A stretch of 32,000 nucleotides of DNA. Source: Erysipelotrichaceae bacterium OH741_COT-311 (GTDB taxonomy: Bacteria > Bacillota_I > Bacilli_A > Erysipelotrichales > Erysipelotrichaceae). A program made the translations under genes and the position numbers. Below are positions 25,669-32,000 of this stretch, piece after piece (positions within the stretch are counted from its first letter, which is position 1; each line of letters opens with the position of its first letter). The stretch spans positions 60,001 to 92,000 of the forward strand of contig RQZE01000003.1 of assembly GCA_003858585.1 (NCBI GenBank), written 5' to 3'. The notes beneath the pieces are model-generated. The model made no database searches. It was given only the letters and a program-made list of their open reading frames with translations, and had not been told where the DNA came from.

Positions 25669-25703
25669 AAAAAGTTAACTAAGTTTATATTAGTTAACTT
25701 TTT
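25669..25703 (+). terminator. Intrinsic terminator after the LCP gene
   Basis: AAAAAGTTAACTA (25669-25681) and TAGTTAACTTTTT (25691-25703) form a perfect 13-bp stem around a 9-nt loop. The 3' arm ends in a T-run and ATTT follows. Confidence 0.6.
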
Positions 25704-25723
25704 ATTTGTGTACTTATAAACTA

Positions 25724-25732
25724 TGTTATAAT
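25724..25732 (+). promoter_or_regulatory. Extended -10 promoter (TGtTATAAT) placed for a leaderless yfhO transcript
   Basis: TG lies at 25724-25725 and TATAAT at 25727-25732. Only 6 nt (ACAACC) separate the -10 from ATG 25739, and there is no Shine-Dalgarno. Confidence 0.45.
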
Positions 25733-25738
25733 ACAACC

Positions 25739-28426
25739 ATGAATAAAAAACATATCACTTATTTCATTGTGGGAATTTCTATTACGTATGTAGTTATTGC
25801 AAGTTATTTAGGCTTACTTACTCTAAATGTAAGAAGTGTATCGTATTTAGTGCTTTTAGGTTCTTTATCTCTTGTTGTTAGACATGTTATAAAGAAACAA
25901 AATCCAACTAAATTTTTTTATGCTAAGTATGCATTTTTTACGATATTACTTTTTTTGTTGTCTTCGATGCTATTTTTGAATATTTATCCGTTTGGAGACC
26001 GAATTTTTTCAACGATTGATTTATTTCATCAATATACACCATTTATAAGTCACTATCAGGATATTATCTTGAAAGGAAAGTTCTTTTTTTATGACCCTAT
26101 GATTGGGTTTGGAACAAACTTTCTAGCTTTTTTTGCTTATTATTTAGCTTCACCTTTTCATTTACTGTTAGTTTTAGTTCCAAAAACATATAGTGCAGAA
26201 GCTATTGCTGTTCTGATTGTGTTCAAAATAGCATTAACAGCCTTTACGTTTTCTTATTATTTACAAGAAGAGTTTAAACAAAACAATATTACAAATTACA
26301 TTGCATCGATTATTTTTGCAAGTATGACTTACTTGGTAGGGTATTCTTGGAACATTATTTGGCTAGATTGTTTTTATTTATTGCCACTTATTCTAGTGGG
26401 ATATAGTAAGTTAATCAAAGAAGATAAACCATGGCTTTATGTGATTTCTTTAAGTTTATCTATTTTTAGTAATTACTACATTAGCTATATGATTTGTCTG
26501 TATGTAGGTTTGCATTTTATATTAGAAATGATTATATACCGTAATATAAATAAAAAACAATTTATTAAGTTTTCGATTTACTCTATTTTATCTGCAAGTA
26601 TCTGGGCATTTATGTTGATTCCAACCATTAAAACATTAGCTATTACTTCATCAGCATCAAAGGATATTTTTCCTGCTTTTAAAATGAATTTTGATATAGT
26701 TTCTTTTTTAGTGAATCATAATATTGTTAGTAAGCTAACCATTGAAATTTTCTCTTTGCCGGCCTTAGCATCATCAACGTTGTCGATTGTAGCTCTATTT
26801 ATGTTTCTGGGGAATAAGAGAATTAAGCACAATGTAAAAGTGTTTTACATGACGTTGTATGGTATTTTAACTATCAGTATGTTTGTTGCACCTTTCGATT
26901 TTATATGGCATGGGTTTCATATACCTAATGGCTTACCTTATCGTTATTCTTTTTTATATGTATTTGTAATAGTAACGATAGTGTTTATAGAATTAAATCA
27001 TTTTCAGAAAGAGGATATTCATTACATATGGATTCCTATATTACTTTTTTTAGGCTCTGGCATCTTTTTAACAAATTATATCTTACAAATAAGTTTAACT
27101 ATCTTCATTATGATTATACTTTGGCTTATATTTAAGAAAGGTGAAAGTAATTATAAGGTTTTAACTATTTTTATTGTATTGGAATTATTATTTGTTACGA
27201 ATTATCGCTATTATGATTTTGGTATTGATCCAAGCATTGTAAAAAGAGAAGATTCTTTTGAAGGGAAATGGGCATCTTTAATCTATGAAGCATCCTCATA
27301 CATTAACGAAACGTACTTATCAGATTCAAGCTATGCGTATAAAACAGAGATCTATCCAAGATATAATAGTAATCCTGGGTTACAGTTTCAATATAATGGA
27401 GTAACAACGTTTTCCAGTATGAATCATTATAATCTTTTGGTCTTTTTAAATTCCATAGGTGTTGGTACAAATCATTTAAATAGTATTACAAGTGATAAAA
27501 TATTTGTATATACAGATGCTTTATTGGGTTTAAAATATTATATTAGCAAAGATAGGGTATCAAGTAAGCATGCATCTTTATTAAAAAAGATTGAACATGA
27601 TGGTCATAAGGTGTATATCTATGAAAATAAACATGCTTTATCTGTAGGATATATGGTTGATGAAGCGGCGTTAGACTATGATGTAAAAAAGGATGTAGTT
27701 GAATCAACAAATGATTTTTTTAAGAAAATATCAAACATTGATGAAGATGTACTGATTAGGATTCCGTTTGAAAATATAACAAATAATGTAGAAATGAAAG
27801 ATAAACATACATTTTATTATACACATGATGAAACGAAAGATAATAATGTACAGTTTATAAGTAGTGTGCAGCAAGGAAATGCCTTTGTGTATATAGATGC
27901 CTATTTAACAGATGATATTAAAGTAGAATATGAAGATGAAACTCAATACATTACACCATATTATGCATATTTTCATGAAATTAAAACTTCACACAATACG
28001 GACGTAATCATCACATTGCCTATGAAAAGTACAAGCAATATAGATATCTATGTTATCAAGGTTAATGAAGATGTTTATGATAAAATGATTGAAAAATTAT
28101 CACAAAATCAACTACAAGTAACAAACTATCAAGAAGACATTCTTGAAGGCACAATAGAGTCTAATGGAGGATTATTGTTTACTAGAATACCGTATGAAGA
28201 AGGTTGGAGTGTATATGTTGATGGGGTAAAGAGAAAGATTACTCCTGTAAGTGATGCCTTGATTGCTTTTTATGTAGAAGAAGGAAAACATAAGATAACG
28301 TTAAAATATCACGATGACAATTTCTATAAAGGAATGATAATAAGTAGTATAAGTGTATTTATATTACTTGGGCTTTATAGTGTAAGTAGATATAAAAAGA
28401 AGCATGGGATGAAATCATATGAGTAA
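25739..28426 (+). CDS. yfhO: YfhO-family polytopic membrane glycosyltransferase (GT-C-like), copy 1
   Basis: The ~895-aa protein carries 'YPFGDRIFSTIDLFHQYTPFISHYQD', 'AYYLASPF', 'SWNIIWLDCFYLLPL' and 'PYRYSFLY', and ends in a C-terminal extracytoplasmic domain plus a final TM. The start at 25739 is supported by alignment with the paralog N-terminus (MNKK... versus MSKK...). Confidence 0.85.
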   Translation: MNKKHITYFIVGISITYVVIASYLGLLTLNVRSVSYLVLLGSLSLVVRHVIKKQNPTKFFYAKYAFFTILLFLLSSMLFLNIYPFGDRIFSTIDLFHQYTPFISHYQDIILKGKFFFYDPMIGFGTNFLAFFAYYLASPFHLLLVLVPKTYSAEAIAVLIVFKIALTAFTFSYYLQEEFKQNNITNYIASIIFASMTYLVGYSWNIIWLDCFYLLPLILVGYSKLIKEDKPWLYVISLSLSIFSNYYISYMICLYVGLHFILEMIIYRNINKKQFIKFSIYSILSASIWAFMLIPTIKTLAITSSASKDIFPAFKMNFDIVSFLVNHNIVSKLTIEIFSLPALASSTLSIVALFMFLGNKRIKHNVKVFYMTLYGILTISMFVAPFDFIWHGFHIPNGLPYRYSFLYVFVIVTIVFIELNHFQKEDIHYIWIPILLFLGSGIFLTNYILQISLTIFIMIILWLIFKKGESNYKVLTIFIVLELLFVTNYRYYDFGIDPSIVKREDSFEGKWASLIYEASSYINETYLSDSSYAYKTEIYPRYNSNPGLQFQYNGVTTFSSMNHYNLLVFLNSIGVGTNHLNSITSDKIFVYTDALLGLKYYISKDRVSSKHASLLKKIEHDGHKVYIYENKHALSVGYMVDEAALDYDVKKDVVESTNDFFKKISNIDEDVLIRIPFENITNNVEMKDKHTFYYTHDETKDNNVQFISSVQQGNAFVYIDAYLTDDIKVEYEDETQYITPYYAYFHEIKTSHNTDVIITLPMKSTSNIDIYVIKVNEDVYDKMIEKLSQNQLQVTNYQEDILEGTIESNGGLLFTRIPYEEGWSVYVDGVKRKITPVSDALIAFYVEEGKHKITLKYHDDNFYKGMIISSISVFILLGLYSVSRYKKKHGMKSYE

Positions 28427-31097
28427 AAAAACATTGACATTGATTATACTTGGAATAACGATTGTTATTGTAATAATAGGTTCTTACTTTAAACTATTGA
28501 ATATTTCTGTCAAAAGTATTGTATATCTTTTGTACTTTGTTCTTTTTGCATTTCTTTTAAGAAATGTAATTCATGGAAAAAAAGATAATCATTTCTTTTA
28601 TGCGCAAAGTGCTTTTTTGATGATGTTTCTTTTTATATTGTCTTCTGCTTTATTTATAGATATTTATCCATTTGGAGATCGTATCTTCTCTACGGTTGAT
28701 TTATATTCACAATACACGTCTTTTATTAGTGGTTATCAAGATAGGCTACTTCAAGGGAAAAGTTTAGTGTATGCTTCAAATATTGGACTTGGTAATAACT
28801 ATATCGCCTTATTTGCTTATTATTTAGCTTCACCGTTAAATATTCTTATGATAGTAATACCTAAGGCGTTTATTACGGAAGGTATATTTTTATTAATTGC
28901 TCTCAAGTTATCGCTAGTGGCGTTTACTTTCACTTACTATTTACAATATGAATACAAAGTGGATAATCGTTTTGCCTTTGTAGGTGGTCTTATGTATGCA
29001 GGAATGATTTATTTTGTGAGTTATTCTTGGAACATTATGTGGTTAGATTGTTTTTACTTACTTCCGGTTGTTTTAATTGGCTATCGTATGTTAATGCGTG
29101 GACAACAACCATGGCTCTATTTGTTTGCCCTAGCAATTATGATTTTTAGTAACTACTATATTAGTTTTATGATTTGTATTTTCTTGGGGTTACACTTTAT
29201 TTTTGATGTAATCTTTCAGAAAGAATTTAATATTAGATATGCCCTACGTTTTGTACTATATAGCTTCTTAGCGGTAGGTTTGGTATCCTTTTTGTTACTT
29301 CCAACTTATCAAGTATTGAAACTAACATCAGCGGCTAATGAAGCATTTCCTAAGTTTAAATTCAAATTTGATGTTTTACATTTTTTAGCGAATCATTTTG
29401 TAACAAGCGAAATAACGGTACGTTCAAAAGATTTACCAAATGTAGCGACATCAACATTAGCTCTGCTTTTCTTCTTTATGTTTCTATTCAATAAACGTAT
29501 TTCTTTCCGTATTAAAGGTAAGCTATTGGGTTTATTAATTCTATTGGCAATGAGTCTATGGATTAATCAATTGGATATTATTTGGCATGGTTTTCATGAA
29601 CCAAATGATTTACCATATCGTTATTCCTTTTTATATGCCTTTGTTATGGTTGTTATTGTTATTTTACAACTGCATTATTTTGATAAAAAGAGTTGGAAGT
29701 ATGGCTTTTTAGGCATTGTTTTATGTCTATTGTGTGGATATTTCAAAGTCTTAACATGGTATATGTTACTAATTAATTTTGTTTTATTGACTTTGTATAT
29801 GAAGGTAACTTATCATCGAGAAAAAACAAATCTGTTAATCATCGTTATTGCATTAGAATTACTGTTTGTAAATAATTATCGCTATTATAATTTAGCTAAT
29901 AAAGAAGGAATTGCTGTTAGAGAAGACTCTTACGTTAGTCAGGACTCTATGTTAGTTTATAAAGTCGTAGACCAATTAAAAAAGAATCACGTAGATAGTA
30001 AATATGAATACAAAGTAATGGTAAATCCAGTAGAAACATTAAATCCGGGCGCCATGTTTGGCTATAATGGGATTACCTCTTTTACAAGTACCAATTACTA
30101 TCAAACAACTAAGTTTATGCATGCATTAGGTTATGCAAGTAATGGGGTAAACAGTTATTTACAGAAGAGTTTTGTGGCTCCGATGGATTCCCTTTTATCA
30201 ACAAAGTATTATATTTCAAGTCATAATTTAAGCAATCATAAACACCTAAAAAAAATTGATGAAGTAGAAAGAGGAGCTTATAAAGCCAATATCTATGAAA
30301 ATAAAGAGGCATTAAGCCTAGGATTTGTAGCTAACCAGCGTATTTTAGAATATCAATATTACTACTATAATCCGATACGCAGCGTAAATTCTCTGTACCA
30401 TCATTTATTAGATATGGATCAAAACCTTTTGGAGATACAACCAATTTCAAGTCAGGATCCAAATGTTACTATAAATGGAGACTACAGCTTTAAAATTGAA
30501 AATCCGTTAAAGAGTGAATTAGAATCAATCATTCATGTAAAAATTAAACAAAAAGGACAAAGTTATATTTATATTGATTGTCGATCTGCTGAAAAAGTGC
30601 AAGTTCAAGGGGTAAATCAATGGAGCGTTTCACCAAGAGAACCATACTTTATTGATAATTCGATTCGTAACGTTGGTGATGATGTAAAGGTTACGATTAA
30701 AACCGAAAAAGATGTAAATGGTAATATCTTTGTTGTAACGTTAAATGAAGATGCGTATCAACAAGCTATTCAAAAACTAAAGCAACACCAACTACAAATT
30801 GAGGTATACAAAGAAGATATGATTAAAGCCCATGTAGAATCTAATGGAGGAGTAGTATTTACCCGCATTCCATATGATAAAGGATGGAACGTGTATGTAG
30901 AGGATCAGCCGGTAGAAACCTTTGCGATAGGAAAAGGGTTGTTAGGTTATCGAGTTCCTAGTGGACATGTAAAGATTAAAATGCAGTTTATCGCTTCCGG
31001 TTTAAAAGAAGGCTTATGGATTAGTGGTGGCAGTTTATGCATTGTTATACTCTTAGCTGCCTTACAATATAAGAAAAAGAAAATGTCTGGAGCTTAA
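28419..31097 (+). CDS. yfhO: YfhO-family polytopic membrane glycosyltransferase (GT-C-like), copy 2
   Basis: The protein is colinear with copy 1 along its whole length ('YPFGDRIFSTVDLYSQYTSFISGYQD', 'SWNIMWLDCFYLLPV', 'PYRYSFLY'). It overlaps copy 1 by 8 nt (ATGAGTAA). Confidence 0.85.
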   Translation: MSKKTLTLIILGITIVIVIIGSYFKLLNISVKSIVYLLYFVLFAFLLRNVIHGKKDNHFFYAQSAFLMMFLFILSSALFIDIYPFGDRIFSTVDLYSQYTSFISGYQDRLLQGKSLVYASNIGLGNNYIALFAYYLASPLNILMIVIPKAFITEGIFLLIALKLSLVAFTFTYYLQYEYKVDNRFAFVGGLMYAGMIYFVSYSWNIMWLDCFYLLPVVLIGYRMLMRGQQPWLYLFALAIMIFSNYYISFMICIFLGLHFIFDVIFQKEFNIRYALRFVLYSFLAVGLVSFLLLPTYQVLKLTSAANEAFPKFKFKFDVLHFLANHFVTSEITVRSKDLPNVATSTLALLFFFMFLFNKRISFRIKGKLLGLLILLAMSLWINQLDIIWHGFHEPNDLPYRYSFLYAFVMVVIVILQLHYFDKKSWKYGFLGIVLCLLCGYFKVLTWYMLLINFVLLTLYMKVTYHREKTNLLIIVIALELLFVNNYRYYNLANKEGIAVREDSYVSQDSMLVYKVVDQLKKNHVDSKYEYKVMVNPVETLNPGAMFGYNGITSFTSTNYYQTTKFMHALGYASNGVNSYLQKSFVAPMDSLLSTKYYISSHNLSNHKHLKKIDEVERGAYKANIYENKEALSLGFVANQRILEYQYYYYNPIRSVNSLYHHLLDMDQNLLEIQPISSQDPNVTINGDYSFKIENPLKSELESIIHVKIKQKGQSYIYIDCRSAEKVQVQGVNQWSVSPREPYFIDNSIRNVGDDVKVTIKTEKDVNGNIFVVTLNEDAYQQAIQKLKQHQLQIEVYKEDMIKAHVESNGGVVFTRIPYDKGWNVYVEDQPVETFAIGKGLLGYRVPSGHVKIKMQFIASGLKEGLWISGGSLCIVILLAALQYKKKKMSGA

Positions 31098-31110
31098 GTT
31101 CCAGACATTT
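31081..31110. terminator. Bidirectional intrinsic terminator shared by convergent genes
   Basis: AAATGTCTGGA (31081-31091) pairs with TCCAGACATTT (31100-31110) around the loop GCTTAAGT. T-rich tracts follow on both strands (ATTTT on +; CATTTTCTTTTTCTT on -). Confidence 0.6.
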
Positions 31111-31756
31111 ATTTTGCATAAAATTTATAGATATGGATTTTATCATCCTTTTTGATACACTCTACATAAGCACCTGTTTGAAAGTCTTTTGTCGAGAAAC
31201 CATTACCACTTTTATAAGTCCATTCTACATCAACATAGAAAATACGATATCCATCTTCGTCTAAGCCCATATCGGTAGAACCGATCACTTTCACTTCCGT
31301 AACTTCAGGCAAGTTTTCTTTTCCAAAATCTTTAATATAAAGTTCTAAATTTTTATAGTAACTATTAATCGCTTTTTCTCTTAAGTTAATTCTCGCTTCT
31401 GTTTGCCAGAATTGTGTCCCACCAATATCATTTTTAATGGATTTATTTGTTAGTGTAAAGAAATCAGCTACATAGTTTTGCGCTACTGATTCTGAAATCT
31501 TTTGCCAATCTTTCGTTTTAACCACATCTTTTAATTCTTCATATAGTTGTTTTTGGTAGTCTGTGGCATTTGCACGAATTGCGTAATACTCTTTATCTTC
31601 TTTTATCGTTACCACATCATGTTGACTTGTACTATCACTAGGTTTTTGTGTTAATATTTTATATCCTAAGAATACTAATACTAAAATTAATACAGGAATG
31701 GAAACAGCCAATATAAGGTTGATTACACTAACCTTTCTTCTTTGTTTTTTTACCAT
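31109..31756 (-). CDS. Hypothetical single-pass membrane-anchored extracytoplasmic protein
   Basis: N-terminal 'KKQRRKVSVINLILAVSIPVLILVLVFLGY' is a signal-anchor, followed by a ~175-aa soluble domain. AAGGAG (CTCCTT on +) lies upstream of the ATG at 31756. I recognised no family signature. Confidence 0.6.
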   Translation of the reverse strand: MVKKQRRKVSVINLILAVSIPVLILVLVFLGYKILTQKPSDSTSQHDVVTIKEDKEYYAIRANATDYQKQLYEELKDVVKTKDWQKISESVAQNYVADFFTLTNKSIKNDIGGTQFWQTEARINLREKAINSYYKNLELYIKDFGKENLPEVTEVKVIGSTDMGLDEDGYRIFYVDVEWTYKSGNGFSTKDFQTGAYVECIKKDDKIHIYKFYAK

Positions 31757-31807
31757 AAGATACTCCTTTTACTATACCTATAATATTATAAAGAAAATAG
31801 ATATAAA

Positions 31808-31839
31808 TGACAATAATAAATATAATTACGATATTGTCA
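31808..31839. promoter_or_regulatory. 8-bp inverted repeat in a divergent intergenic region (candidate operator)
   Basis: TGACAATA (31808-31815) and TATTGTCA (31832-31839) are separated by 16 nt, between the divergently oriented genes at 31756 and 31898. Confidence 0.25.
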
Positions 31840-31866
31840 CTTATACATGAAAAAAAGCAATATAAA

Positions 31867-31875
31867 TGATATAAT
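31867..31875 (+). promoter_or_regulatory. Extended -10 promoter candidate (TGaTATAAT)
   Basis: TG lies at 31867-31868 and TATAAT at 31870-31875. GGAGG at 31888-31892 and ATG 31898 lie downstream. Confidence 0.35.
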
Positions 31876-31897
31876 ACTAATGTTTATGGAGGCCCGT

Positions 31898-32000
31898 ATG
31901 CGAACTAAAAATTCTTTTTTAAATATGATTACAAATTTAGTTCCCAGTTTAATTATTCCAATCATTTCATTATTTAAACTGAGTTGGTTACTGAAGGTTT
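31898..32000 (+). CDS. 5' end of a probable MOP/Wzx-like polysaccharide flippase gene that continues beyond the window
   Basis: GGAGG lies 5 nt before the ATG. The translation 'MRTKNSFLNMITNLVPSLIIPIISLFKLSWLLKV' resembles the N-terminus of the Wzx in this window ('YNSIRNIVIGFATQIMTFLLSFIL'). Only 34 codons are visible. Confidence 0.4.
   Translation, partial: MRTKNSFLNMITNLVPSLIIPIISLFKLSWLLKV

Noticed and set aside
25674-25698. Two GTTAAC palindromes as restriction or regulatory sites.
   Set aside because: They are simply the cores of the two arms of the terminator hairpin at 25669-25703.
3804-31097. Calling the locus a classical capsule (cps) operon.
   Set aside because: No CpsB phosphatase or CpsC/CpsD (Wzd/Wze) tyrosine-kinase module is visible, and the LCP gene is not at the 5' end. 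The polymer type (capsule versus wall-anchored secondary polysaccharide) cannot be decided from this window.
1-32000. Mobile elements, CRISPR arrays, tRNA/rRNA genes and integrases.
   Set aside because: I noticed no repeat-spacer periodicity, no transposase- or integrase-like translations in the six-frame track, no terminal inverted repeats, and no cloverleaf-capable GC-rich segments.

Overview
The window is AT-rich, low-GC Gram-positive (Bacillota-like) DNA. It is almost entirely one cell-envelope glycopolymer biosynthesis region, with about 25 tightly packed genes, nearly all on the + strand. No rRNA, tRNA, CRISPR array, transposase or integrase was recognised. All family calls come from motif and architecture recognition by eye, because no searches could be run.

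Layout:
- (a) 1-1713: the 3' end of a polytopic membrane protein, then an Acyltransferase_3 gene.
- (b) 1714-2133: a 420-bp non-coding gap.
- (c) 2134-3711 (- strand): a divergently transcribed asparagine-synthase-like PP-loop enzyme.
- (d) 3804-17969: a long translationally coupled Wzx/Wzy-type operon. In order it encodes a small priming phosphoglycosyl transferase, an HpcH/CitE-like aldolase/lyase, a D-2-hydroxyacid dehydrogenase, a GT4, a CapD/PglF-like 4,6-dehydratase, two GT2, a GT4, an unassigned 493-aa multi-domain protein, Wzx, a Wzy-like protein, a DUF1919-like protein and a second Acyltransferase_3.
- (e) 18053-23236: a second unit with a short GtrB/DPM1-like GT2, a DUF2304-like 3-TM protein, a GT2 and two uncharacterised polytopic (GT-C-like) proteins.
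- (f) 23335-25665: an unusually elaborate LCP (LytR-CpsA-Psr) ligase with its own promoter and terminator.
- (g) 25739-31097: two tandem diverged YfhO-family genes.
- (h) 31109-31756 (- strand): a convergent membrane-anchored hypothetical protein. At 31898 a flippase-like gene starts and runs off the window.

Most worth follow-up:
- The 493-aa protein at 12074-13555, with ParB/Srx-like, NDK-like and nucleotidyltransferase-like segments.
- The aldolase plus 2-hydroxyacid dehydrogenase pair directly behind the priming transferase.
- The glutaminase-less Asn-synthase-like enzyme.
- The TM-less GtrB-like GT2 paired with a DUF2304-like membrane protein.
- The concentration of four to five GT-C-type membrane enzymes served by one visible lipid-sugar synthase.
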